A stretch of 64,000 nt of DNA. It comes from Parcubacteria group bacterium Gr01-1014_31. GTDB lineage: Bacteria; Patescibacteriota; Patescibacteriia; Buchananbacterales; GWA2-38-13. The stretch's first letter is position 1, and each line of letters starts with the position of its first letter. The DNA is taken from contig VMFR01000001.1 of NCBI GenBank assembly GCA_007376135.1, forward strand, positions 206,554 to 270,553, given 5' to 3'. Under the pieces are notes generated by a model that did no database searches, was not told the origin of the DNA, and worked only from the letters and a program-made list of their open reading frames with translations. The translations under genes and the position numbers were made by a program. Shown one piece after another: positions 47,426 to 56,701 of this stretch.

Positions 47426-48202
47426 ATGCTTTCTCTGCTCCGCCGTCCGACCGTCCGTTATGCGGCAGCAACGCTGGCCATCGGCGCGATCGCCGTCGCC
47501 GCCGGCGCCACCCATTCCTGGGGCGGCTACCACTGGGCGCGGACCCAAAACCCGTTCACCCTGAAACTCGGGGATAACGTATCCAGCGCCTGGGACTCCT
47601 ACCTGGTCACGACCGCCGCCGATTGGAGCGCGTCTACCGTTCTGGACACGACCAAGGTCGCCGGCAGCACGAACCCCAAGAACTGCCGCGCGGTCGCCGG
47701 CCGCGTGGAGGTCTGCAACAGCAAGTACGGCAACAACGGGTGGCTTGGCGTCGCCAGCATCTGGGCCAGCGGTACGCATATCACCCAGGGCACCGTCAAG
47801 GTCAACGACACCTACTTCAACACCGCGAGGTACAACACGCCCGCCTGGCGCAACCTCGTAATGTGCCAGGAGGTCGGCCACACGCTCGGCCTTGACCACC
47901 AGGACGAGGACTTCGACAACGCGGCGCTGGGTACCTGCATGGATTACTCGAGCGACCCGACCCCCAACCAGCATCCCAATCAGCACGACTACGACATGCT
48001 GGAGGAGATCTACGCGCACCTGGACACGACCACGACCGTCGGGCAAACGGCTGCGCGCGGAAACTCTGACGTTGACCACGCCGACCGCAGCTCTTGGGGC
48101 AAGGAGCTGCGTACGTCGCCCGATGGGCGCAAGTCCCTCTACGTCCGGGACTTCGGCGCCGGAGAAAAGATCTTCACGTTCGTCATTTGGGCCCAGGAGT
48201 AA
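47426..48202 (+). CDS. Secreted metzincin/snapalysin-like putative metalloprotease
   Basis: Internal Met MLSLLRRPTVRYAAATLAIGAIAVAAG (signal) of ORF 47315..48202. CQEVGHTLGLDHQDED resembles the snapalysin HExxHxxGxxDH motif, but Q replaces the first His. Confidence 0.5.
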   Translation: MLSLLRRPTVRYAAATLAIGAIAVAAGATHSWGGYHWARTQNPFTLKLGDNVSSAWDSYLVTTAADWSASTVLDTTKVAGSTNPKNCRAVAGRVEVCNSKYGNNGWLGVASIWASGTHITQGTVKVNDTYFNTARYNTPAWRNLVMCQEVGHTLGLDHQDEDFDNAALGTCMDYSSDPTPNQHPNQHDYDMLEEIYAHLDTTTTVGQTAARGNSDVDHADRSSWGKELRTSPDGRKSLYVRDFGAGEKIFTFVIWAQE

Positions 48203-48285
48203 ACCCGGCTTTCCTGAAATTCAGAAAACCGCTCTGGCAGTCCGGAGCGGTTTTTCGTTGGTTCCAAATAAGCGATCCTCCGCAA

Positions 48286-48360
48286 AGCTCGGGGACAGGG
48301 ATTCGAACCCCGATTCTCAGGTTCAGAGCCTGATGTCCTGCCGTTAGACGATCCCCGAGC
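48286..48360 (-). tRNA. tRNA-Gln (anticodon CUG)
   Basis: The minus-strand sequence GCTCGGGGATCGTCTAACGGCAGGACATCAGGCTCTGAACCTGAGAATCGGGGTTCGAATCCCTGTCCCCGAGCT folds as a cloverleaf: 7-bp acceptor, anticodon stem TCAGG/CCTGA with loop CTCTGAA, T-loop TTCGAAT. CCA is not encoded. Confidence 0.8.
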
Positions 48361-48584
48361 TTTGGGGAGGAACTATAAACATTGCAAAACGATGTAGCAC
48401 AGCGTACGAAAAATTGCGGCAATTGTCAATAAAAAGAACCCCTGCGTCTCTTAAATTTTCGCAGACCGGCGGGGTATAGACTACGGTGTGCAGCAGAACC
48501 GCGCAGTACAGACCAGCGGTTGCCAGCAGGCACCCCTCGGCCTACAATGACCCCAGAACTTACCCACCTTAACGTACCCTGGAT

Positions 48585-49115
48585 ATGCGCGGCTATGTCG
48601 GAAATCTTGAAAAGGAAACGTTGGAGAATACGACGTTCCGCACGGTGCTCTACACCGCCAAGCACTGTCAGTTGGTGATGATGAGCCTGTTGCCGGGCGA
48701 GGACATCGGCGAGGAAGTGCACAAGCTGGACCAGTTCATCCGCGTGGAACAAGGCATCGGCTCGGCGGTATTGGATGGCGTTGCCCATTCCCTGCAAGAC
48801 GGCAGCGCCGTGATCATTCCCGCCGGCACTCGGCACAATATCGTCAATACCTCGCCGCGCTCGGCGATGAAACTCTACACCCTGTACGCGCCGCCCGAGC
48901 ACCGCGACCGCGAGGGAGTTTTTTTTCTATCGGCTATTCCCTACCGCACTGGCGGCGTACTGGTGGCGTTCTGCGGCAGCGGCCGAAGTTGGATGGAGTC
49001 GGCCGTGATGCTGCCGTCCTGGCCGGCTCGCCCGGTCACGACCACCGTTTTGCCGACCTCCAGGTCGGTTGAATTTCCGTCCACGACCTTCCCGACGGAG
49101 GTCGCGCCGCCGTAA
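48585..49115 (+). CDS. Cupin-domain protein (3' boundary uncertain because the ORF runs 175 bp into the convergent gene)
   Basis: The first ~110 aa have cupin_2 features (G-x5-H-x-H... / ...IIPAGTRHNIVN). The distal part looks like antisense read-through. Confidence 0.55.
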   Translation: MRGYVGNLEKETLENTTFRTVLYTAKHCQLVMMSLLPGEDIGEEVHKLDQFIRVEQGIGSAVLDGVAHSLQDGSAVIIPAGTRHNIVNTSPRSAMKLYTLYAPPEHRDREGVFFLSAIPYRTGGVLVAFCGSGRSWMESAVMLPSWPARPVTTTVLPTSRSVEFPSTTFPTEVAPP

Positions 49116-49405
49116 AAAACGATGACCGTACCGCCGTCCCGCAATTTCACCGTGATGCTGGTCTCATCTTTTGCGATGATCTCGCCTGCCGCGCCGCCTC
49201 CGGCGCGCCCGGCAAACACCCGCGCGCCATCCGGTGCGCCCCCCAGGTCGCGGAACCGCTGCTGCCGCTGCTCCGGCGTGAGATTACGCAACGCCGCGGC
49301 ATTGAACTGCGGAGACTTCGAGGCCTGATATTTCATCCCCCCGAAGAACGCCCCGCTTCCGACCGCTACCGCAACCACCGCCGTAATGACGAACGTATTT
49401 TTCAT
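48941..49405 (-). CDS. Small secreted beta-rich protein (DUF5666-like), last gene of the ABC/amidase operon
   Basis: Signal MKNTFVITAVVAVAVGSGA. Repeated VTG...DGS beta-strand motifs resemble the C-terminus of 53971..54471. Confidence 0.5.
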   Translation of the reverse strand: MKNTFVITAVVAVAVGSGAFFGGMKYQASKSPQFNAAALRNLTPEQRQQRFRDLGGAPDGARVFAGRAGGGAAGEIIAKDETSITVKLRDGGTVIVFYGGATSVGKVVDGNSTDLEVGKTVVVTGRAGQDGSITADSIQLRPLPQNATSTPPVR

Positions 49406-49426
49406 AGACGCTGCGCGGTTAAATGA

Positions 49427-50641
49427 TTATTCGTGACGCAATGCCTCGATAGGATTCAGTTTGGCTGCACGGCGCGCCGGATAGTACCCGAACACGATGC
49501 CGATCGCGGCGGCAACGCCGAACGCCAGCGCAACCGATTCCGGGGAAACCCGGGTCGCGATCGAGCCCAACCGCGACACCAGCCGGGCGATGACCCACCC
49601 CAATCCGATGCCGACCGCGCCGCCGATAAAAGTGAGCGCGATGGACTCGGCAAGGAACTGCGCCGCCACTTCGCGCCGCTTGGCGCCCAAGGCCATCCGC
49701 AGGCCGATCTCGCGCGTGCGTTCGGTGACCGCCGTCAGCATCATGTTCATAATGCCGATACCGCCGACCACCAAGGAAATACCGGCGATGGAGGCGAGAA
49801 AAACGGTGAACGCGGTCATCACCTGCGACAGCGTACCGAGAATATCAGCCTGGGAAATGATGGAAAAATCAGGCGTGGCGACGCGATGCCGCATGGTCAG
49901 GAGCGCGGACGCCTCGGCCTGCACGGACGCCATCAGGTCTTTCTGCTCGCTGGTCATTGCGATGGACGAGACGTAGTCGCTCCCGGCCAGCAGCTTCTGC
50001 ATGGAGGAAAGCGGCACGAACACCATATCGTCGGGGTTGGAAAATCCCGAACCGCCCTTCGTTTGCAGCATCCCGATCACTTTAAAATTGATACGGTTGA
50101 TGCGGATGGTCTTGCCGAGCGGATCCACTCCCTCGCCGAACAGGTCCTCCGACACGGTCGGGCCCAACACGGCTACCCGCCCCAAGCTGCGCTGGCTCTG
50201 CTCGGTGATGAACGTACCCATCGCCACGGCGACATTGTGCACGGCGGCGTACGCCGGTACTGCCCCCATCACGTTGGAGTTCGTGTTATTGCCGGTCGTT
50301 GCGCTGATCTGGTACCGCCGCGACACTTCCGGCGACACCGCGGCCACTCCGCTCACGCTCCGTAAAGCTTCCGCATCGTCGTTGGTCAGCGTTTGAGCCG
50401 ACCCGCGGCCCGCCGAGACGAACGCCCGGCCGGCCTGCTGCACGCCAGGCAGCACGGTCAGCAGATTGGAACCCAGTCCTTCGATGTTGGACTCGATAGT
50501 GCTCTGGGTCCCGGCGCCGATCGAGACCATCGCGATAACCGACGCGATGCCAATGACAATACCGAGGATGGTCAAGCCCGAACGCGCCTTGTTGGCCGTC
50601 AGCGCCGAATTCGTTTCCAGCAGCAGATCCCGCAGTTTCAT
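49427..50641 (-). CDS. ABC transporter permease, MacB/FtsX-like (one N-terminal TM, large periplasmic domain, three C-terminal TMs)
   Basis: ORF track; 404 aa, with the characteristic C-terminal ...GIMNMMLTAVTERTREIGLRMALGA. Confidence 0.85.
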   Translation of the reverse strand: MKLRDLLLETNSALTANKARSGLTILGIVIGIASVIAMVSIGAGTQSTIESNIEGLGSNLLTVLPGVQQAGRAFVSAGRGSAQTLTNDDAEALRSVSGVAAVSPEVSRRYQISATTGNNTNSNVMGAVPAYAAVHNVAVAMGTFITEQSQRSLGRVAVLGPTVSEDLFGEGVDPLGKTIRINRINFKVIGMLQTKGGSGFSNPDDMVFVPLSSMQKLLAGSDYVSSIAMTSEQKDLMASVQAEASALLTMRHRVATPDFSIISQADILGTLSQVMTAFTVFLASIAGISLVVGGIGIMNMMLTAVTERTREIGLRMALGAKRREVAAQFLAESIALTFIGGAVGIGLGWVIARLVSRLGSIATRVSPESVALAFGVAAAIGIVFGYYPARRAAKLNPIEALRHE

Positions 50642-51351
50642 ATGCCGGCATTTCTCACGAGCCGCCGCTGCCGGACCTCGTGGTCATCGGCGATCTGCCC
50701 ATCCCGGATGTGGATGATGCGACCGGCATGTTCGGCCACGTAGGGTTCATGGGTAATGAGCACGATGGTGCGGCCCTGTTCCGAGTGCAGGCGCTGGAAG
50801 GTCGCCAGCACCGCCTCGCCGGTGACGGAGTCCAGGTTGCCGGTTGGCTCGTCCGCGAGCACCAGCGACGGGTTGTTCACCAACGCCCGCGCGATGGCGA
50901 CCCGCTGCATCATCCCGCCGGACAATTGGTTGGGCTTGTGCCGCCAGAACTGCTCGGGGAACGCCGACGCGCGCAGCGCCGATTCGGCCAGGCCCGACCG
51001 GGTGCCCGGATCGTTTCCGGCGTACACCAGCGGCAGCATGACGTTGCGCAGAACACTCGCGCGCGGCAGCAAGTTGAACGACTGGAACACAAAACCGATC
51101 TTGCGGTTACGGATGTCCGCCAGCTCGTCGTCGTTGAGCTGCGCTACATCGCGCCCATCCAGAAGGTAGCTGCCCTGGGTCGGCACATCCAGGCAACCCA
51201 GAATATGCATCAGGGTGGATTTCCCCGAACCGGAGGGTCCCATGATGGCGACGAATTCCCCATCCCGGATGGTGAAGGACACCCGCTTCAACACCTGCGT
51301 CTCGATCTCCCCCGTGACGTAGGTTTTCACGATATCGCGGCACTCCATCAT
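50638..51351 (-). CDS. ABC transporter ATP-binding protein (MacB/LolD-like)
   Basis: Walker A GPSGSGKST, ABC signature LSGGMMQRVAIARAL, Walker B LVLADEPTGNLD. Confidence 0.9.
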   Translation of the reverse strand: MMECRDIVKTYVTGEIETQVLKRVSFTIRDGEFVAIMGPSGSGKSTLMHILGCLDVPTQGSYLLDGRDVAQLNDDELADIRNRKIGFVFQSFNLLPRASVLRNVMLPLVYAGNDPGTRSGLAESALRASAFPEQFWRHKPNQLSGGMMQRVAIARALVNNPSLVLADEPTGNLDSVTGEAVLATFQRLHSEQGRTIVLITHEPYVAEHAGRIIHIRDGQIADDHEVRQRRLVRNAGI

Positions 51352-52169
51352 AGCTCCAGAAATTTGCGGATTCCCGCGGCGATGCCCTGAGCGGCAACCT
51401 CGGGACGGCGGATAAGGATGCGCTGGTCGCGCGGACTGGTCAAAAACCCGGTCTCCATGATGGCGGCGACCGTCATCGGGTGGATGGCATGCTCATAGCG
51501 GCGCCAGTTGAACGCGTAGTAGCCGGTCATATTGCGCGTGATATTGGCGTCCTGCCGCATCCCGGTCACGCGGCCGTATTCCTCCTCCAGCGCGGCGACC
51601 AAGGCCGAACCGCGCCCGCGGTAATCGCGGCGCGGTGCGGCAGCTTTGAAACCCGAAACGCCAGGATTGCCGCTGCCGTCGGCATGAATGGCGATGATGA
51701 CATCCGCCCAATACGACGCCGGAATCGTTGCCGGCAGGATCTCCACCGTCATGCCGTTCGCTTCCAGGAGATCTTTGGTTGCTTCGGCAATGGCGAGGTT
51801 CACCTGCCACTCGGCCTTGCCGCCGCCCGAAGTGCCGCCGCCGCGTTCGCGCAAGCGCCCCAGCTCTTCCGGCAAGTCGGCGGTTTTCCAGTGTCCCACC
51901 TGTAAGGCAACTTTCCACGGGCCCTCAGGTCGGCGCCAGCCGCTCAGGTCCGGCATCGGCCGGAAGCGCCGTCCGAAATAATTTTGCGGACCGGGCTGCT
52001 CGGCCTCCTGCACGTCCTCGAATTCAACCTCCTGCTCCGATGAAACCACCGGCGACTGGGGCCACTGCGGGCCGCTGGTGTGCCGAGCGCCGCTACCGCG
52101 CGCAAAAATGAGGAGAGCTGCGGCGACCGCAACCGACAGGACCAAGGCAATAACCGGCAGCTTGTGCAT
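51348..52169 (-). CDS. N-acetylmuramoyl-L-alanine amidase (Amidase_3 family), exported
   Basis: Signal/anchor MHKLPVIALVLSVAVAAALLIFA. The AIHADGS...GFKAAAP block fits the Amidase_3 Zn-site. The gene overlaps both neighbours by 4 bp. Confidence 0.75.
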   Translation of the reverse strand: MHKLPVIALVLSVAVAAALLIFARGSGARHTSGPQWPQSPVVSSEQEVEFEDVQEAEQPGPQNYFGRRFRPMPDLSGWRRPEGPWKVALQVGHWKTADLPEELGRLRERGGGTSGGGKAEWQVNLAIAEATKDLLEANGMTVEILPATIPASYWADVIIAIHADGSGNPGVSGFKAAAPRRDYRGRGSALVAALEEEYGRVTGMRQDANITRNMTGYYAFNWRRYEHAIHPMTVAAIMETGFLTSPRDQRILIRRPEVAAQGIAAGIRKFLEL

Positions 52170-52177
52170 AGGCGTGG

Positions 52178-53962
52178 CTACCGATCAACGCGGAAAGCCC
52201 CGCCGCCCGTCGGCAACCCGGGGATGCGCAGTCCACTGTCTGAGCTTTGCGCCGCGCCTGCCGACTGCACCGAGCCGGTGATGACGCGCTCACCCTCAAC
52301 CAGGCCGCTAAGAATCTCGGTGGATTCATCATTGGCTAACCCGACCTCCACGGTCTGGCGCCGGAGCGGCAACGCGAGCTGGATGCTGGTCGCGCTCCCG
52401 ATGGCCGTGATCTCCTGCGCCGCAGGCATTTCCACGTAATTGCTATTGCCCTGATTTTTCACCGCCGCGTTGGGTGTGAGCAGCACATCCACCTTGGTGG
52501 CCGTGATGATATTGACCGAAACGCTCATACCCGGCTTGCTGCGGGGGTCCTGCGCGTCAAAGGTCACCTTCACGGCGTAGGAAACGACGCCCTGCGAAAC
52601 GGCGCCCAGGGTATCGATCTCGGCCACCATGCCGGTCAGCGACAACTCCTCGACCGCGTCGAACGTCAAAATGGCTTTCTGGCCGACCTGCACCGCGGCG
52701 ACATCCACCTCGTTGAGCGTGATCTCGGCCAGCTGCTGCGGCGATATCATGGTTGCCGCGACCGTGCCCGACGAGACCGCCTCGCCCCGCTTGATGTTCA
52801 GCTCGGCTACCACGCCGTCAATGGGAGCGCGCAGGGTGTACTTCGGCAGCTGTTCGCGCGCATCCTGCAGCGCAACTTCGCGCTGGCGAACCGCCAGCTC
52901 CTGGGTCTGCAGGTCCAGCGGATCGGTGCCCGCCTTCAGATCGGCAAGCTGCGCGGTCCGCTCGACGATGGACCGCTGGGCGGCGGTGATGACTTCTTTT
53001 TCGGATTGCACGCTGTTGCGGATGGACAGGAGGCTCAACAGATGGGAGTTGGTCGTGCCGGTGTGGCCATTGAGACTGTTAAGGTGCGTGGCGCTCAACG
53101 CCTGTGGGCGCGCCCGGCGTTCGGCCAGCGTATCCACGTAGAATTGGATAAGGTTGGCGGCGCTCTTCACCGCCTCGGCGACCCCCTTGACGGTTTCATA
53201 CGTTTCGTCGATGAGCGCTTCGATCTCGGCCCGTTCGGAAAAACGGCTGGCCTCCTTATAGTCGCTGAAATTTTCATCGTAGGCGGTGCGGGCGGTCTGG
53301 TACGCCGCGTCGGCGGCATCGCGGTACTGGAACACTTTTTCGTCGTAGGCCTTAATGGCATTGACGTAGTAGTCCAGGTTCCACTGGCTGCCGTCCAGCG
53401 TGTTGTCGTAGAGGATGTCGTTGAGGCTGGTCATCAGGTCCGGCAGATCCAAAAATGCGTCCGCGACGACGTTGAACCCGTCTTCATAGGCTTTGGCGAG
53501 ATCGTCCCGGGCCTGCTGTTTGGAATTTTCAGCCGTCAGCAGCGCATGTTCGGCCTGCAGCAGGGAAAGCGCATCGGCCGGTCGCCGCAATTTTTCCAGC
53601 GACAATTTCGCCGATGCCAGGCTGGTCTCGGCGTCCCGCACCGCCTTCAGAGCATCCCCCGCATCCAACTGGGCGATGACCGCGCCGGACTTGACGGTCT
53701 GGCCCGCAACGACCTGGACGCTGAGCACATCGCCGGCAGCCTTGGGTTTCACCTCCACGAGGTTCGCGGCTGATACCTGGCCGCTGCCGGAAACCGTCAC
53801 GTTCAGCGTCCCGCGCTCCACCGTTCCCAGCAGGTAACGCGCGGCAGCGGCCGGGGTCCGCCATCTCCGGTAGGCCCATACGCCCGAGCCGGTGGCAAGC
53901 AGCACGAGCGCGATGAGGAGGAACTTGCGCCGCGCGAGCGCCTTGATGAACGTAGGTTGCAT
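52178..53962 (-). CDS. HlyD/MacA-family periplasmic adaptor with an unusually long coiled-coil (594 aa)
   Basis: N-terminal anchor, biotinyl-lipoyl-like ends (GTVERGTL...VSGSGQVSAA ... VDGVVAELNIKRGEAV), and a long heptad-rich middle section. Confidence 0.8.
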   Translation of the reverse strand: MQPTFIKALARRKFLLIALVLLATGSGVWAYRRWRTPAAAARYLLGTVERGTLNVTVSGSGQVSAANLVEVKPKAAGDVLSVQVVAGQTVKSGAVIAQLDAGDALKAVRDAETSLASAKLSLEKLRRPADALSLLQAEHALLTAENSKQQARDDLAKAYEDGFNVVADAFLDLPDLMTSLNDILYDNTLDGSQWNLDYYVNAIKAYDEKVFQYRDAADAAYQTARTAYDENFSDYKEASRFSERAEIEALIDETYETVKGVAEAVKSAANLIQFYVDTLAERRARPQALSATHLNSLNGHTGTTNSHLLSLLSIRNSVQSEKEVITAAQRSIVERTAQLADLKAGTDPLDLQTQELAVRQREVALQDAREQLPKYTLRAPIDGVVAELNIKRGEAVSSGTVAATMISPQQLAEITLNEVDVAAVQVGQKAILTFDAVEELSLTGMVAEIDTLGAVSQGVVSYAVKVTFDAQDPRSKPGMSVSVNIITATKVDVLLTPNAAVKNQGNSNYVEMPAAQEITAIGSATSIQLALPLRRQTVEVGLANDESTEILSGLVEGERVITGSVQSAGAAQSSDSGLRIPGLPTGGGAFRVDR

Positions 53963-53970
53963 AGTCGGCG

Positions 53971-54471
53971 TTATCTGGGCAGCGCACGCTCGAACGGCGA
54001 CGGCCCCGGCTGCCGCATCATTTGGCGCGGCGGCATGACCCGGATGACCTTGGCCTCGATCTGCCCACTGCTGTTGGGTTCGCCGACCACCACCACATCG
54101 TCGTCCACCTTCAGGTCGGAAATGGCGACGGTATCGCGAAAACGCTTGATGATAGTCTGTGCATTCACCAGCACGACCTTCTCCGCATCATCTGGGCTAG
54201 CCACCACCAACGTAGCGCCATCGATCTTGGCAATGCGGCCGAAGGCGCCCGAGGCCTCCATAAAATCCTGGCCCGAAAATTCCCGCAGAAAACCGCCGCG
54301 AGGACCGGCGAAATTCTTGTGGTAACTTTCGCCCCAGCGGTAGGAGAACGTCGCTTTCCGGTAGCCGACCGCCTTGCCCGCCGCGAACCCAACGACGAGC
54401 GCCAGCAGCAGCGCGAGAACGAAACTGCCGATCTTGAAGCCCTTGGATTGCACCGCCTTGTTCAGGTCCAT
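53971..54471 (-). CDS. Membrane-anchored DUF5666-like beta-domain protein
   Basis: TM helix FVLALLLALVVGFAA, then C-terminal ...VVVVGEPNSSGQIEAKVIRV. Confidence 0.45.
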   Translation of the reverse strand: MDLNKAVQSKGFKIGSFVLALLLALVVGFAAGKAVGYRKATFSYRWGESYHKNFAGPRGGFLREFSGQDFMEASGAFGRIAKIDGATLVVASPDDAEKVVLVNAQTIIKRFRDTVAISDLKVDDDVVVVGEPNSSGQIEAKVIRVMPPRQMMRQPGPSPFERALPR

Positions 54472-54472
54472 A

Positions 54473-54904
54473 CTATGCGTGGGTTAATTTCAAATTCCGC
54501 ATCCGGGCAAGGTCGCGCAACGCCGCACGAAGCGACCGCAGACCGGTGAACGCCGCTGAAAGAAGCAGCAGCAGACCGAATGTCGGCACCGACTCCAGGA
54601 GCGCTGCGGCAAAGTCCTGCCAATACGCCGCCAATACTTCCGCGTCGGCTGCCGCCGCGGACAAAAACTCAAAAAAGCCGCTGCGTGCGGCATCGACAGC
54701 GACCCAGCGGAACGAAACAATAAGCACCACAAGCGACAACGCGTTCACTGCGATGGCAGAGGCCAGTTGCGTGATCACTCGCCGCCGCTCCGCAACACGC
54801 AGTGCGCTAAGAACCGCGCCCTGAAGCTCAACCGGCGGAATGGCCGGCGACAGCTTGCGAAAAAGGGAAACATTCAGGTCCATACCCCGTAGGACAATCG
54901 TCAA
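54473..54904 (-). CDS. Putative membrane anti-sigma factor or partner (143 aa) downstream of the ECF sigma
   Basis: Position immediately after the sigma gene, with two TM helices. There is no recognisable sequence signature, so this rests on context only. Confidence 0.35.
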   Translation of the reverse strand: MTIVLRGMDLNVSLFRKLSPAIPPVELQGAVLSALRVAERRRVITQLASAIAVNALSLVVLIVSFRWVAVDAARSGFFEFLSAAAADAEVLAAYWQDFAAALLESVPTFGLLLLLSAAFTGLRSLRAALRDLARMRNLKLTHA

Positions 54905-55249
54905 ATGCGTAATAATTTTTCCTGTCTGTATCGAATTTTACCAACTCTTCACTTTACCCCGACGCTCCGTTGTACAGCGGGGCATATTGGTATATACGCA
55001 AAAGTTTCGTTTTTGGTGCAAAACCCTCCGGCTGCCCAATGAAAAGGACCTCCTTGTTGGAAGCAAGGAGGTCCACCGTACCGGGGGTTTAACCCGGCAC
55101 AGCGCCCAGCGCCTTGTACGGAGGCACCGATGCTTACCCATCTTGGGGCAAAATATCTCCGTAGGTCAAGACCGAGCAAATAAATAGCGCTGGCGGTAAC
55201 GTATGTATTAAATAAACTACAGCGTCGCAAAACGTAATTCGGATGCCGC

Positions 55250-55822
55250 TCAACCGTTCTTTTCCAGCAACCCACGCAGCTTTTGCACGGCACGGCGGTG
55301 GCGGCTCTTGGCCGTGGAAAGCGGCTGCCCCAATACCTGGCCGATCTCTTCGAACGTGAACTCCTCCTGATAGTGCAGGAGCAGCACGGTGCGCGAATCG
55401 GGATCCAGTAGCTCCAGGGCCGCCGATAAACGCTGTGCCGCGTCAGCACGGTCCATCTGGTCGGGCGGCAACAACGCGGGGTCGACGACTTCTGCTCCCG
55501 GGTCACCTTCCTCCTCCCCGGCCGCCAGCGGCAACGGGCTGCCCTTCTTCCGCCGCAGCAGGTCGTAAGCCGCATTACGGCCGATGCGAAACAGCCAGGT
55601 TTTAAAACGACGTCGCTCGTCGAAACGACGCAGCTGGCGCCATGCCTTCAGCCAGGTTTCCTGCGCGAGATCCTGAGCGTCGCGCTCGTTGCCGACCAGC
55701 CGAAATAGCCATCCGTACAGCGGTGGCAGCAAACGCCGGACCAGCGCGTCGAATGCCGCGCGGTCGCCGCGGCGGTAGTCGGCCACCAATTGTTCATCCG
55801 TCCGCTCATCCATGGTTCCCAT
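55250..55822 (-). CDS. ECF-type sigma-70 factor (alternative start at 55813)
   Basis: Internal Met MGTMDERTDEQLVADYRRGDRAAFDALV... of ORF 55250..55960. Region 2 (LAQETWLKAW) and region 4 (EEIGQVLGQPLSTAKSRHRRAVQKLR). Confidence 0.8.
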   Translation of the reverse strand: MGTMDERTDEQLVADYRRGDRAAFDALVRRLLPPLYGWLFRLVGNERDAQDLAQETWLKAWRQLRRFDERRRFKTWLFRIGRNAAYDLLRRKKGSPLPLAAGEEEGDPGAEVVDPALLPPDQMDRADAAQRLSAALELLDPDSRTVLLLHYQEEFTFEEIGQVLGQPLSTAKSRHRRAVQKLRGLLEKNG

Positions 55823-55951
55823 ATTCAACGGCCGCAGTATGGTGATGGTAGGCGCGAATATTACTTGCGTCAAATGGAAAAACAATGTTTTTGTGTTACC
55901 ATGATGGCGAGCGTACCGATCATAAATATTATTCGTAACCGCCACCATCAT

Positions 55952-56458
55952 ATGCGTCAACGCAGTTTTATGACCCTGGCCGCACTAGCGGCAACGGCCA
56001 TCGTCCTCGCCGGTTGCACTCCGAGCCAGACCCCGACGCCAACGCCGACCACGGCACCCGCGCCCGATACGACCGCGGGATTTTCGGCAGGCGCCAAAGT
56101 CGGCCCGAACGCGATCTACGCGGCCGACCAAAAGCCCGGCACGCAACTGACCGTCGGCATGGTTTCGCTGGAAGCGGCCGGCTACGTGGTCATCCACGCC
56201 GATAACGAAGGCAAGCCCGGACCGATCCTGGGCCAAAGCGCCTTGCTTTCCTCAGGCGTGAGCAACAACGTCACCGTCACGCTCCCGCAGACGGTCGCCA
56301 ACGGCGTGCAATTGCACGCCATGCCGCACCGCGACGACGGCGACGGCATATTCGATGCCGCCAAGGACGCGCCGATCAAGGATACGCTCGGCAACGTCAT
56401 TTCCATGATGTTTGCCATTGACGCCCAAGCCGCGGAAGCGCCGCCGGTGCAATTCTAG
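55952..56458 (+). CDS. Lipoprotein (lipobox LAGC) with PT linker and beta-rich domain, divergent from the ECF sigma
   Basis: MRQRSFMTLAALAATAIVLAGCTPSQTPTPTPTT...; internal Met of ORF 55790..56458. Confidence 0.5.
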   Translation: MRQRSFMTLAALAATAIVLAGCTPSQTPTPTPTTAPAPDTTAGFSAGAKVGPNAIYAADQKPGTQLTVGMVSLEAAGYVVIHADNEGKPGPILGQSALLSSGVSNNVTVTLPQTVANGVQLHAMPHRDDGDGIFDAAKDAPIKDTLGNVISMMFAIDAQAAEAPPVQF

Positions 56459-56500
56459 ACCGGCCAAAAAAAAGACCCCGCGTTCCCGCGGGGTCTTTTT

Positions 56501-56695
56501 TTATGGCAGGCGGAACACGTCTTCGATGGCGCGGCGTTTCAGCGCGCGGGTGATGGCGTACGCCAGGCCCAACGACGGATTGTACCTCCCCTGCTCCAGC
56601 GAAATGATGGTCTGCCGCGTCACGCCGACCAGTGCTGCCAATTGCTCCTGCGTCAACCCAAGATCGCGACGGAGTTCACTGATGCTCGTTTTCAT
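56501..56695 (-). CDS. XRE-family helix-turn-helix transcriptional regulator (64 aa)
   Basis: [41 protein letters not shown]. Confidence 0.8.
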   Translation of the reverse strand: MKTSISELRRDLGLTQEQLAALVGVTRQTIISLEQGRYNPSLGLAYAITRALKRRAIEDVFRLP

Positions 56696-56701
56696 GCGCG
56701 G

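Noticed and set aside
46289-48079. ORF 46289..47269 (+) and the N-terminal 282 codons of ORF 46373..48079 (-)
   Set aside because: The first is antisense to the sugar-phosphate isomerase gene. The second is antisense to the metalloprotease gene and has Val/Arg/Gly-rich nonsense composition. The isomerase start was set at the internal Met.
48911-49115. Distal part of cupin ORF 48585..49115
   Set aside because: It overlaps the convergent secreted-protein gene by ~175 bp and loses cupin-like character. It is probably read-through in the absence of an earlier stop, although a real long overlap cannot be excluded.
50680-52439. Plus-strand ORFs across the ABC/amidase/HlyD genes (50680..51390, 51480..51905, 52080..52439 and others)
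   Set aside because: They are shadow ORFs opposite genes with clear Walker, Amidase_3 and HlyD features.
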